A stretch of DNA of 64,000 bases from Gemmatimonadales bacterium (GTDB taxonomy: Bacteria > Gemmatimonadota > Gemmatimonadetes > Gemmatimonadales > GWC2-71-9): contig DATLKF010000032.1 of assembly GCA_035538515.1 (NCBI GenBank), forward strand, positions 36,073-100,072. The letters run 5' to 3'. How positions within the stretch are numbered: position 1 is the stretch's first letter; the number at the start of each line of letters is the position of its first letter. Below are positions 28,695-37,546 of this stretch, piece after piece. The notes below the pieces were generated by a model. That model searched no databases. It was not told the origin of the DNA and saw nothing but the letters and a program-made list of their open reading frames with translations. The translations under genes were made by a program, and so were the position numbers.

Positions 28695-29084
28695 ATGGAA
28701 CCGGGCCTGGAGGGGGCGCTCGCCGAGCCGCAGTGGGCTCGGTTACGGGTCGACGTGAACTGTCGGCTACGCCGTGGTGCGTGGTACCGGGTCGCGGGCT
28801 TGAGGGCCGGCGAGGCGATGCTGGACGTGAACCGGCATCCGGTGCCCGTGCCCCGCACCTCGCTGAAGATCGTTACGAAGCCACCCCAGTGCTGGACGGT
28901 CGTCTCGCTCCCGCGCGATGCGAAAGGACTCGCCGCCATGTGGGGCGGTCGGTACGCCGTGTGCCCATCGTGCCGTAATCGCGCGCAGCTGAAGGGGACA
29001 CCAAGCGAGATGCGTTGCTCGCGGTGTATCAAGACGTACCGTGTGGCATGGGAGGAGTGGTTCATGGGGCCGGCTGATCGGTAG
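28695..29084 (+). CDS. Hypothetical protein with C-terminal CxxC...CxxC zinc-ribbon
   Basis: It carries CPSCRNRAQLKGTPSEMRCSRC. The start is ATG 28695. I did not recognise a family. Confidence 0.45.
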   Translation: MEPGLEGALAEPQWARLRVDVNCRLRRGAWYRVAGLRAGEAMLDVNRHPVPVPRTSLKIVTKPPQCWTVVSLPRDAKGLAAMWGGRYAVCPSCRNRAQLKGTPSEMRCSRCIKTYRVAWEEWFMGPADR

Positions 29085-29170
29085 GTTGCATCGGGAGCCG
29101 GTCCCTGTCATCGTTGAGTACTAGTGCCGTTGAAGGCGCGCGCCCCGCCGTCCGGAGACCGAGGGCTGGG

Positions 29171-30553
29171 ATGATCCAGTCGCGATTGGTCAGACGTCTG
29201 GGGTTGCTCGCCGCCATCTGCGCCGCCTATATCGTAGCCGGCAAGCTGGGGTTGCGGCTTGCGTTCGTGAACCCGAGCGCGACGCCCGTCTGGCCTCCCA
29301 CCGGTATCGCGCTCGCGGCGTTCCTGCTTGCCGGGTACGAAGTGTGGCCGGCCATCCTGGTCGGTGCCTTCCTCGTCAACATCACGACCGCGGGCTCCAC
29401 GGCGACTTCCATCGGCATCGCTGCCGGCAATATGCTCGAGGGGTTGGTCGGCGCGTACCTAGTCAACCGGTTTGCCCGGGGGCGGCGGGCGTGCGAGCGC
29501 GCCCGCGACGTCGTCAAACTCGTCGCACTCGCCGGGCTGGCCAGCACCACCCTGAGCGCCACCGCGGGCGTCGTGACGCTCTCGCTCGCGGGCTTCGCCC
29601 CCTGGGGAGACTTTTGGCCCATTTGGTCCACCTGGTGGACGGGGGACGTGGTGGGCGATCTGGTGGTCGCGCCCGCCGTGCTCCTGTGGGCGGAGCGCCC
29701 CCGCATCCACTGGCACCGCCGTCAGGCGCTCGAGGCCGCCGCCTTGCTCGGGTGCCTTGTGGTCGTGGGCCTCGCGGCATTCGATGGGTTGTTCCCGTGG
29801 AAAGACAAGCACTATCCGCTGGAATTCCTGTGCCTCCCGCCGCTGTTGTGGGCGGCGTTCCGCTTCGAGCGGCGCGAAGCGGCGGCGGTCGTGGTGATGC
29901 TCTCGGTCTTGGCGATCTGGGGGACCCTGAGTGGGTACGGGCCGTTCGTCCGGCCGACGTTCAACGAGTCGCTGCTCCTGCTGCAGGCATTCCAAGGTGT
30001 CTCGGCCGTCATGACGCTGGTGCTCGCCGCGGTGGCGGGCGAGCGGAAGGAAGCGGAGGAGCGGCTGCGGCGGCTCGCGGTGAGCGATCCGCTCACGGGG
30101 CTCGCCAATTACCGCCAGCTGGTGCAGGCGCTGGACGTCGAGATCCGGCGCTCCTCCCGCACCGAACGGCCGTTCGCGGTGGTGTTGATGGACCTGGACG
30201 GCTTGAAGCAGATCAACGACCAGCACGGGCACCTCGTAGGCAGCCTGGCCCTGCGGCGGGTGGCGGAGACGTTGCTCGGCTCCTGCCGGGGCATCGATAC
30301 CGCTGCGCGCTTCGGCGGCGACGAGTTCGCGCTGGTGCTTCCGGAGACGGGGGACGCAGCGGCGTGGCACGTCGCCCGGCGTGTGGCCGAACGGGTGTCC
30401 CGGGACGGTGAGAAGCCGAAGCTCTCCGTGAGCATCGGGGTCGCGGTCCATCCGCGCGACGGCGCGACGCTCGAAACGCTGCTGAACGCGGCGGATCGCT
30501 CGTTGTACGAGATCAAGGCGCAGCGGCACCGCAAGACGCACATCGCTCGTTGA
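29171..30553 (+). CDS. MASE1-GGDEF diguanylate cyclase
   Basis: It has a MASE1-like multi-TM sensor region (FVNPSATPVWPPTGIALAAFLL...) and a catalytic domain SDPLTGLANYRQL...VVLMDLDGLKQINDQHGHLVG...ARFGGDEFALVLPE. TTG 29114 is an alternative start. Confidence 0.8.
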   Translation: MIQSRLVRRLGLLAAICAAYIVAGKLGLRLAFVNPSATPVWPPTGIALAAFLLAGYEVWPAILVGAFLVNITTAGSTATSIGIAAGNMLEGLVGAYLVNRFARGRRACERARDVVKLVALAGLASTTLSATAGVVTLSLAGFAPWGDFWPIWSTWWTGDVVGDLVVAPAVLLWAERPRIHWHRRQALEAAALLGCLVVVGLAAFDGLFPWKDKHYPLEFLCLPPLLWAAFRFERREAAAVVVMLSVLAIWGTLSGYGPFVRPTFNESLLLLQAFQGVSAVMTLVLAAVAGERKEAEERLRRLAVSDPLTGLANYRQLVQALDVEIRRSSRTERPFAVVLMDLDGLKQINDQHGHLVGSLALRRVAETLLGSCRGIDTAARFGGDEFALVLPETGDAAAWHVARRVAERVSRDGEKPKLSVSIGVAVHPRDGATLETLLNAADRSLYEIKAQRHRKTHIAR

Positions 30554-30587
30554 CCTCCGGCCCGGCGCCCCGGTAGCTTCCGGCGCC

Positions 30588-31928
30588 ATGACCACCGTCG
30601 CCCGCACGCCCGGCTCCCTCACCGTCGGGCCGCTCCGGCCCGTCATTCTGAAGCTCGCCGCGCCTGCGGTCGCGATGATGGCCTGCCACTTCTGTTTCAA
30701 CCTCATCGATGCCATCTGGGTGGGCAACCTGATCGGGGCCGCCGCGCTCGCCGCGGTCTCGACCGCGGGGTTCTACGTGTGGGTGCTGCTGTCGCTTGGC
30801 GAGATGGTGGAGGTAGGGCTGATCGCGGTCGCGGCGCGGCGACACGGAGAGGGGCGCCCTGACGCCGCCGCGCGTGCCGCGGGCGCCGCCGTGGTGTATG
30901 CCCTCGCGGCTGGGACCGTCGTCTCCCTGGTCGGCCTCGGCCTCACCGCCGCCCTGTTCCGCTTGATGAGCGTTCCGGCCGAGGTTGCGACGCTGGGGCG
31001 CGCGTACCTCGACACCTGGCTCCTGGGCGGGCCGCTCGTGTTCGGGTTCTTCGCCGTCGAGGCGACGTTCCGCGCCTCGGGCGACACGCGTACGCCGTTT
31101 CGGCTGTTGATGGCCTCCGTGTTGCTGTCGATCGGGCTCGATCCGCTGCTGATCGCCGGAATCGGCCCCTTGCCCAGGCTCGGGGTGGAAGGCGCTGCCC
31201 TCGCGTCGGTCATGGTGCGGGGCGGTGGTTTCCTCATCGGGATCGGCATCGCGTGGCGGCGGGGGCTGATCCGCCTCGATGCGCCCGACTGGCATGCGCT
31301 CCCCACGGTGTTTCGCGTGGGCGCGCCGCTTTCGCTCGCGGGCGTGCTGCTCTCGATCGTGTACATGTGGCTCACGCGGTACACGTCGCGCTTCGGGACC
31401 GCGGCGCTCGCGGCGCTCGGTGTCGGCCACAAGGTGGAGGGCCTCGGCTTCATCGCGATCTCGGGATTCGCGCTCTCGGCGTCGGCGCTCGTGGGACAGA
31501 ACCTAGGCGCGGGACAGGAGGCCCGCGCGCGCCAGGCCGTGCGCATGACAGTGGCGTACTGCCTCGCCGTCACCACGACCACGGCCATCGCGTTTCTAAC
31601 GATTCCGAGGCTGCTCGTCGCGCTGTTCACGTCGGATTCGGCGGTGATCGCGGACGGGAGTCTCTATCTGCGGGTGATCGCGTTCGCGCAGATCGGCCAG
31701 ACGTTCGAGATCATTCTGGAGGGCGCGTTGGCCGGGGCGGGCTATACCCTGTGGCCTCAGATCACGAGCACCACGCTCACCTTGCTGCGAGTGCCGCTCG
31801 GCGCCTGGTGGTCGGGTGCGATCGGGCTGATCGGCATCTGGCTCGCTCTGTCGGTGACCGCCGTGTCGCGGGGGATCGCGATGACTCTGTTTTGGCTACG
31901 AGGCGCATGGCGGAACACGGTGTTATGA
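30588..31928 (+). CDS. MATE-family efflux transporter
   Basis: It has a 12-TM profile with duplicated halves, N-terminal ILKLAAPAVAMMACHFCFNLIDAIWVG, and 446 aa. Confidence 0.85.
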   Translation: MTTVARTPGSLTVGPLRPVILKLAAPAVAMMACHFCFNLIDAIWVGNLIGAAALAAVSTAGFYVWVLLSLGEMVEVGLIAVAARRHGEGRPDAAARAAGAAVVYALAAGTVVSLVGLGLTAALFRLMSVPAEVATLGRAYLDTWLLGGPLVFGFFAVEATFRASGDTRTPFRLLMASVLLSIGLDPLLIAGIGPLPRLGVEGAALASVMVRGGGFLIGIGIAWRRGLIRLDAPDWHALPTVFRVGAPLSLAGVLLSIVYMWLTRYTSRFGTAALAALGVGHKVEGLGFIAISGFALSASALVGQNLGAGQEARARQAVRMTVAYCLAVTTTTAIAFLTIPRLLVALFTSDSAVIADGSLYLRVIAFAQIGQTFEIILEGALAGAGYTLWPQITSTTLTLLRVPLGAWWSGAIGLIGIWLALSVTAVSRGIAMTLFWLRGAWRNTVL

Positions 31929-31929
31929 C

Positions 31930-32015
31930 AACGCGGAACGCGGAAGTCGGAATGCGGAACAGGCGGCTCGAGGTCCGCTCGAATGTTCCGCGTTCGGCAT
32001 TCCGCGTTCCGACTT
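31930..32015. repeat. Palindromic heptad-array element, family A copy 1
   Basis: The left arm is cgcggaa cgcggaa gtcggaa tgcggaa ca (31932-31961). The spacer is 22 nt. The right arm is tg ttccgcg ttcggca ttccgcg ttccgac tt (31984-32015). About 24/30 arm positions are complementary by eye. It starts 1 nt after the MATE TGA and ends at the next gene start. Confidence 0.85.
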
Positions 32016-32019
32016 GACC

Positions 32020-32763
32020 ATGGCCACCCTAATCACGCTCCTTACCGACTTCGGTGACGCCGACAGCTACCTGGGCGAAATGAAGGGTGTGCTGCTGTCG
32101 CAGGTGCACGGCGCGGCGCTCGTCGATATCACTCACCAGGTGCCCCCCGGTAACGTGCGGGCCGCGCAGTACGTCCTGTCACGCGTGTGGCACCGGTTCC
32201 CGCAAGGAAGCGTCCACCTCGCGGTGGTGGATCCGGGAGTGGGCACGGCCCGGCGAGCGCTCGCCGCCTCGACGGCCGGCCACTTCTTCGTCGCCCCCGA
32301 CAACGGGCTGCTCTCGTTCCTGCCGGGGGATGCACACTTCGCAACCCTGCCGATTCCGCCAACGGCCGCCCCCACGTTCCATGCGCGCGACGTGTTCGCG
32401 CCGGCCGCGGGCCAGCTCGCCCTGGGTGCCTCGTTGTCACACGTGGGCCACCCCATCACCGATCCGCTGCGCTCCCCGCTCCCTGCGCCCCGCACGCACG
32501 GCGGCGTGACGATCGGCGAAGTGCTCTATGTCGATCGGTTTGGGACTCTGATCTCGAACATTCCGGGCGCAGCGGTGGAGCCGGGCGTGCGGATCAGGGT
32601 CGCGGGAACGGAAATCGGTCCCCTGTCGCGGACGTTCGGCGACGTGGGCCGGGGAGCCCTGTTGGCGTTTGTGGGAAGTGGCGGGACGGTGGAGATCGCC
32701 GTGCGGGACGGCAGCGCGGCGCGCCTGTTAGGCGTCGGTGTGGGGGCGGAGGTGCGGGCCTGA
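32020..32763 (+). CDS. SAM hydroxide adenosyltransferase / chlorinase-fluorinase-family (DUF62) protein
   Basis: It carries ITLLTDFGDADSYLGEMKGV, VVDPGVGTARRALA, FVAPDNGLLSF and FHARDVFAPAAG. TTG 32014 is an alternative start. Confidence 0.8.
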   Translation: MATLITLLTDFGDADSYLGEMKGVLLSQVHGAALVDITHQVPPGNVRAAQYVLSRVWHRFPQGSVHLAVVDPGVGTARRALAASTAGHFFVAPDNGLLSFLPGDAHFATLPIPPTAAPTFHARDVFAPAAGQLALGASLSHVGHPITDPLRSPLPAPRTHGGVTIGEVLYVDRFGTLISNIPGAAVEPGVRIRVAGTEIGPLSRTFGDVGRGALLAFVGSGGTVEIAVRDGSAARLLGVGVGAEVRA

Positions 32764-32988
32764 CGGTGTGGGGATCTTCACCTTCGCCATTACCCGCTCC
32801 ACGAACCCGAATTCGGGTGCGAAGCGCGTCAACTGCGCCAGCTCGCGAATCAGCTTGCGCTCCCGCTCCGCCGCCAGACGGCAGTCGGCGCACGCGCCCA
32901 CGTGACCCTCACGTGCGGCGGGCAGGAGACCCTGAGCCCACAGCTCGATCTCCTCGGGAGTCAGATGCTGCACCAGCGGCTCGTTCAT
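32728..32988 (-). CDS. Putative anti-sigma factor (zf-HC2-like)
   Basis: The 86-aa ORF lies immediately downstream of the ECF sigma gene and carries an H..x3..C..xx..C pattern (GHVGACADCRLA). Its 3' end overlaps the convergent DUF62 gene. Confidence 0.55.
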   Translation of the reverse strand: MNEPLVQHLTPEEIELWAQGLLPAAREGHVGACADCRLAAERERKLIRELAQLTRFAPEFGFVERVMAKVKIPTPSGPHLRPHTDA

Positions 32989-33022
32989 GGTGTCGTCCTA
33001 CGGCCCGGAGGGGGTGCGGGTT

Positions 33023-33739
33023 TCACGGGCGCCGATCCTCCAGGTAGGTCCGTAATTCGTTGCGCGCCCTGTGGATATACGTCTTCACCGTGCCCAGGGG
33101 CAGGTCCAGAATGCGGGCGATCTCCTCGTAGCTGTGACCCTCCACGTGGCGCAGCAGGATGCAGGAGCGGTATTCGGGGCGGAGCCGCGCGATGGCCCGC
33201 TCGATGGCGCTGCCGAGCTCGCGCGCCTCGAGCTCCTGCAACGGTGTTTCGCTCCGGTCGCCGAGCTGCAGCGCCGTCGCGCGCATTTGGTCCGGCGTCG
33301 TGGCGTGCGGCGACCCGTCGAGCGACAGCGTCTCGAGCTCGCGCTTGCGCAGGTGATCGATCGCGGCGTTGTTGGCGATCTTGAAGATCCACGAGGAGAA
33401 CTTGAACTGCGGATTGTACGAGTCGATGCCGTTCAGGACCTTGATGAACGTTTCCTGCGCGAGGTCCTCGGCGAGCGCGCGGTCACGCACCATACGATAC
33501 AGTAACGAGAACACCGGGCGCTCGTAGCGCCGCACCAGCTCGCGAAACGCCGCTTCGTGGCCCTGCGTCGCCCACGCGGCGACTTGTTGATCGCTGGCGC
33601 CCGTCAGGTTGCCCGGCCTATCTTTCGCGCTTATGACGCACCCCTTCGGTACCTCCCCGACCTTCACAGCCTCCACCGACCTCCCGCCCGCCGCGCGGGC
33701 GGCCAAGCGGTCGTACGTGCGCACCATGTTCGCCGCCAT
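33023..33739 (-). CDS. ECF-type RNA polymerase sigma factor
   Basis: Region 2 reads FRELVRRYERPVFSLLYRMVRDRALAEDLAQETFIKV. Region 4 reads LRHVEGHSYEEIARILDLPLGTVKTYIHRARNEL. The longest ORF is given; GTG starts at 33676 or 33667 are equally possible because the 5' end overlaps divergent ubiE. Confidence 0.8.
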   Translation of the reverse strand: MAANMVRTYDRLAARAAGGRSVEAVKVGEVPKGCVISAKDRPGNLTGASDQQVAAWATQGHEAAFRELVRRYERPVFSLLYRMVRDRALAEDLAQETFIKVLNGIDSYNPQFKFSSWIFKIANNAAIDHLRKRELETLSLDGSPHATTPDQMRATALQLGDRSETPLQELEARELGSAIERAIARLRPEYRSCILLRHVEGHSYEEIARILDLPLGTVKTYIHRARNELRTYLEDRRP

Positions 33740-34385
33740 CGCGCCGCGCTACGACTTCCTCAATCATCTCCTCAGCTTCAACATCGACCGCGCCTGGCGG
33801 CGCGCCGCGGTGCGACGGCTCGGCTGGGAGCGGCGACCCGGCGGCACGTACCTCGATCTCTGCGCCGGCACACTCGACCTCGCGGCGACGCTGGCGCGTG
33901 AGCCGGCGTTCTCCGGGCGCGTCGTCGGCGCGGACTTCGTGGTCCCGATGCTCGCACGGGGGAAGACCAAAGCGGTCCGTATCCGTCCCGTCGGAGCCGA
34001 CGCGCTCACGCTCCCGTTCGCTGACGCTCGGTTCGACGGAGCGATGGTGGCTTTCGGAGTGCGGAATCTGGCGGATCTCGACGCGGGGCTCGCCGAGGCG
34101 CATCGCGTGCTCCGGCCGGGGGCGCACTTCGTGGCGCTGGAGTTCACGCTGCCGAGGTTCGCGCCGCTGCGCGCCCTCTACCTCGTGTACCTGCGGCACG
34201 TGCTCCCGGCGATCGGCCGCGTGGTGTCGAAACATAGGGACGCCTATGCCTACCTGCCAGAGTCGGTGCTCGGCTTTCCAGATCCCGAGGCCTTCGCACA
34301 CCGGTTGGAACGCGCCGGATTCCACGAGGTGAGCTTCGAGCGGCTTACGGGCGGGATCTGCGCCGTCCATCATGGCACTCGATAA
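33633..34385 (+). CDS. ubiE: Demethylmenaquinone/ubiquinone C-methyltransferase (UbiE/MenG)
   Basis: It carries VRTMFAAIAPRYDFLNHLLSFNIDRAWRR and the SAM motif YLDLCAGTLDL. The exact start is uncertain. Confidence 0.85.
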   Translation: MTHPFGTSPTFTASTDLPPAARAAKRSYVRTMFAAIAPRYDFLNHLLSFNIDRAWRRAAVRRLGWERRPGGTYLDLCAGTLDLAATLAREPAFSGRVVGADFVVPMLARGKTKAVRIRPVGADALTLPFADARFDGAMVAFGVRNLADLDAGLAEAHRVLRPGAHFVALEFTLPRFAPLRALYLVYLRHVLPAIGRVVSKHRDAYAYLPESVLGFPDPEAFAHRLERAGFHEVSFERLTGGICAVHHGTR

Positions 34386-35850
34386 CCTGCGTGGCTGGCT
34401 CGACGCGATCGCTGCGCGCGACGAGCTGGTACGCGTCGAGCGCCCGGTGTCGGTGGACAAAGAGCTCACGGAGATCGCGGATCGCTGCATGAAGTCGCCG
34501 GGAGGTGGACCGGCGCTCTTGTTCACACATCCCACGCTGCGGTCGGGCGGCACCGCGCGGCAGCCGGTTGCCGTGAACCTGTTCGGGTCGGAGCGCCGCA
34601 TGGCGCTGGCGCTGGGCGTGGAGTGCCTGGACGAGATCGGCGAGCGGATCACGACTTTCCTCAACCTGAAGGTTCCCGACAGCCTGCTCGGCAAGCTCGC
34701 GATGCTGCCGCAGCTGGCAGAGGTCGCCAAGTTCCCGCCCAAGACGACCGGCGGAAAGCCGCCGTGTCAGGAGACAGTGCTGCGCGAGCGGGATGTCGAC
34801 CTGTCGCAGTTCCCGGTGCCAGTGTGCTGGCCGCTCGACGGAGGTCCGTACATCACCCTGCCCGGCGTGATCACGCGCGATCCCAGGACCGGCGTGCGCA
34901 ACGTGGGCATGTACCGCATCCAGGTGATCGGACGCAACGAGCTGGCAATGCACTGGCAGCGCCACAAGGTTGGCGCCGCGCACTGGCGCGAGATGGCGGC
35001 GCGCGGCGAGCGCATGCCGGTCGCCATCGCGCTGGGCGGCGACCCCGCGTCCATCTACGCGGCCTCGGCGCCGCTCCCCCCCACCATCGATGAGTTCCTG
35101 TTCGCGGGCTTCCTCCGCAAGGAGCCGGTGCGGCTCGCGAAGGCCGTGACGAGCGACCTCGAAGTGCCAGCGGAAGCCGAAATCGTGCTGGAGGGTTATG
35201 TCGACCCCCGCGAGGAGCTCGTGCTCGAAGGACCGTTCGGTGACCACACCGGCTTCTACTCGCTTGCAGACTACTACCCCAGGGTGCACGTCACCGCGAT
35301 CACGCTGCGTCAGGACCCCGTGTGGCCGCACACGATCGTGGGCCGGCCGCCGATGGAAGATTACTGGCTGGGCCATGCGACCGAGCGGATCTTCCTGCCG
35401 CTCCTGAAGCTCACGCTCCCCGAGATCGTGGACCTCCATATGCCGGCCGAGGGGATATTCCACAACCTCGTGTTCGTGAGCATCGACAAGCAGTACCCGG
35501 GCCAGGCGTACAAAGTGATGAGCGGCCTATGGGGGCAAGGACTGATGTCACTCGCCAAGGTGATCATCGTCCTCGACAAGGATGTGAACGTGCGCGACCC
35601 CAAGGAGGCGTGGTGGGTGGCGTTGAATCACATCGACCCCGAGCGCGACGTGCGCTTCACCCCGGGGCCGATCGACGTGCTGGATCATTCGAGCCGCGGC
35701 TTCACCTTCGGGTCCAAGATGGGCATCGATGCCACGCGCAAATGGAAGGAAGAAGGCTTCACGCGCGAGTGGCCGGGAAGAATCGTGATGGATGCGGAAA
35801 CGAAGCAGCGCGTCGACGTGATGTGGAAGGAGCTGGGAATTGAGCTCTGA
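34372..35850 (+). CDS. ubiD: UbiD-family (prenylated-FMN dependent) decarboxylase
   Basis: The 492-aa protein carries ...RNVGMYRIQVIGRNELAMHWQRHKVGAAHW... and ...GPFGDHTGFYS... Confidence 0.9.
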   Translation: MALDNLRGWLDAIAARDELVRVERPVSVDKELTEIADRCMKSPGGGPALLFTHPTLRSGGTARQPVAVNLFGSERRMALALGVECLDEIGERITTFLNLKVPDSLLGKLAMLPQLAEVAKFPPKTTGGKPPCQETVLRERDVDLSQFPVPVCWPLDGGPYITLPGVITRDPRTGVRNVGMYRIQVIGRNELAMHWQRHKVGAAHWREMAARGERMPVAIALGGDPASIYAASAPLPPTIDEFLFAGFLRKEPVRLAKAVTSDLEVPAEAEIVLEGYVDPREELVLEGPFGDHTGFYSLADYYPRVHVTAITLRQDPVWPHTIVGRPPMEDYWLGHATERIFLPLLKLTLPEIVDLHMPAEGIFHNLVFVSIDKQYPGQAYKVMSGLWGQGLMSLAKVIIVLDKDVNVRDPKEAWWVALNHIDPERDVRFTPGPIDVLDHSSRGFTFGSKMGIDATRKWKEEGFTREWPGRIVMDAETKQRVDVMWKELGIEL

Positions 35851-36763
35851 CCGACAGTCGGAAGGTCGGACAGTCGGACGAGAAGGCCAAACGGTCGCGG
35901 GCGAAAGCTTGCTTGTCCGCTATGTCAACTTCGTCAAGCTGCCGCACACAGTATTCGCGTTACCGTTCGCATTGCTCGGTGTGATCGTTGCTTCGCGTGA
36001 GGCGGCGGTGACGTGGCGGATGCTCGGGCTCGTCGTTCTCGCGTTCACGTGTGCCCGGTTCGTTGCGCTCGGGTTCAACCGCATCGCGGATCGCGAGCTC
36101 GACGCGCGGAACCCGCGCACCAGCGGCCGTGAGCTCCCCAGCGGGCGCCTCACCCTGACGCAGGCCTGGGTCGCGGTGGCCGCGGCGGCGGCGCTGTTTC
36201 TGGTGAGCGCCTGGGCGCTGAACCCGCTGTGCTTCGCCCTCGCCCCCATCGCGCTGCTCTTCGTCGCGGCATACAGCTACACCAAGCGGTTCACGTCCTG
36301 GTCGCATCTGTGGCTCGGCCTCGCGGACGGCATCGCGACGCCGGCAGGATATCTCGCGGTGACCGGCCGCTGGGGCGATCCCTGGTGGCTGCTTCCTGTG
36401 GGCGCGCTCGCCGTCACGTTCTGGGTTGGTGGCTTCGACGTGTTCTACGCGCTCCCCGACGAGACCTTCGACCGTGCCGAGCGGCTCGCGTCGCTCGTGG
36501 TGCGGCTGGGGCAGGCGCGGGCCATCCGGGTCGCGAAGCTGCTGCACGGGGTCGCGCTGGTCGCGCTTGTCGTATTCGGGATCGGGGCGGGTTTGGGTGT
36601 GGCCTATTACGCCGGCGTGGCGGCCGGCGCCGCGCTCATCATCTGGGAGCACCAGCTGGTCCGGCCGGGAGACCTGCGCCGGCTGAATGCGGCGTTCTTC
36701 ACCGCGAACGGAATCGTGAGCGTGGTCGTGTTCCTGGGAGCGTTGGTGGATAGAGTGATATGA
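35840..36763 (+). CDS. ubiA: UbiA-family aromatic prenyltransferase (4-hydroxybenzoate / dihydroxynaphthoate type)
   Basis: It carries VKLPHTVFALPFALLG, the Asp-rich motif NRIADRELD and 8-9 TM helices. TTG 35840 gives the longest ORF; TTG 35909 is an alternative that would leave the family B tract noncoding. Confidence 0.85.
   Translation: MSSDRQSEGRTVGREGQTVAGESLLVRYVNFVKLPHTVFALPFALLGVIVASREAAVTWRMLGLVVLAFTCARFVALGFNRIADRELDARNPRTSGRELPSGRLTLTQAWVAVAAAAALFLVSAWALNPLCFALAPIALLFVAAYSYTKRFTSWSHLWLGLADGIATPAGYLAVTGRWGDPWWLLPVGALAVTFWVGGFDVFYALPDETFDRAERLASLVVRLGQARAIRVAKLLHGVALVALVVFGIGAGLGVAYYAGVAAGAALIIWEHQLVRPGDLRRLNAAFFTANGIVSVVVFLGALVDRVI
35851..35880. repeat. Family B octad tract (single arm)
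   Basis: ccgac agtcggaa ggtcggac agtcggac g lies directly after the ubiD TGA (35848-35850). No convincing inverted partner was seen nearby. Confidence 0.7.
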
Positions 36764-36851
36764 AACGCGGAACGCGGAAGTCGGAACGCGGAGCAGACGA
36801 GCGAGTGCCGGTGGCGCCTGTTCCGCGTTCCCCGTTCCGCGTTCCGCGTTC
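36763..36851. repeat. Palindromic heptad-array element, family A copy 2
   Basis: The left arm is cgcggaa cgcggaa gtcggaa cgcggag ca (36766-36795). The spacer is 22 nt and unrelated to that of copy 1. The right arm is tg ttccgcg ttccccg ttccgcg ttccgcg ttc (36819-36851). About 26/30 positions are complementary. It abuts the ubiA TGA. Confidence 0.85.
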
Positions 36852-36917
36852 TCTTCCGCCCCCGAGACCGCCAGCGCATCCCAAGCGCTCTCCCACGCCC
36901 AATCGACGCGGGCACTG

Positions 36918-37508
36918 ATGGCCAAGCTTCCGCTGATCCTCGCCATCACCGGCGCCTCGGGGGTCACGTACGGCGTGCGGCTGCTCGAGGTGCTCGCCAT
37001 GCACCAGGTGCCGACCTGGCTGATGATCTCGAGCCACGGCTGGCGGCTGCTCACGGAAGAGTGCGCCATCAAAGACGACCGTGAGCTGAAGAAGGCCACG
37101 GGGGGCGACTGGGCGAGCGTGCGGGTGTTCGACGACAAAGACCGCGGGGCCGAGCCGGCGTCCGGATCGGCCAGGAGTGCGGGAATGGTGATTTGCCCCT
37201 GCTCCATGGGCACGGTCGCTGCGATCGCCCATGGCACGAGCCGCAGCCTCATCGAGCGCGCGGCCGACGTGGTGCTCAAGGAGCACCGCCCGCTCGTCCT
37301 AGTGCCCCGCGAGACCCCGCTATCGCTCGTGCACCTTCGCAATCTCACTCTCGCCACCGAGGCGGGCGCCGTGGTGCTGCCGGCGGCGCCGGGGTTCTAT
37401 CACAAGCCCCAGCAAATACGCGACCTTGTGGACTTCGTGGTGCAGCGGGTACTGGACCACCTTGGGGTCGAGATCAGTCTGGTCAAGCGCTGGGAAGGCA
37501 ATAAGTAG
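36918..37508 (+). CDS. ubiX: Flavin prenyltransferase UbiX
   Basis: It carries LAITGASGVTYG, the ...ICPCSMGTVAAIAHG... motif and 196 aa. Confidence 0.9.
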   Translation: MAKLPLILAITGASGVTYGVRLLEVLAMHQVPTWLMISSHGWRLLTEECAIKDDRELKKATGGDWASVRVFDDKDRGAEPASGSARSAGMVICPCSMGTVAAIAHGTSRSLIERAADVVLKEHRPLVLVPRETPLSLVHLRNLTLATEAGAVVLPAAPGFYHKPQQIRDLVDFVVQRVLDHLGVEISLVKRWEGNK

Positions 37509-37511
37509 TTG

Positions 37512-37535
37512 CACGACGCCACGACGCCACGTGAC
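37512..37535. repeat. Short tandem octad tract (CACGACGC CACGACGC CACGTGAC)
   Basis: Read directly from the sequence, in the 38-nt ubiX-to-next-gene spacer. Confidence 0.7.
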
Positions 37536-37546
37536 ACCAGTGAGCC

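Noticed and set aside
31930-32015. Whether the heptad arrays could be a CRISPR array or another spacer-acquiring locus.
   Set aside because: The units are only 7-8 nt and directly abut each other with no unique spacers. The arrays come as inverted pairs, and no cas genes are present.
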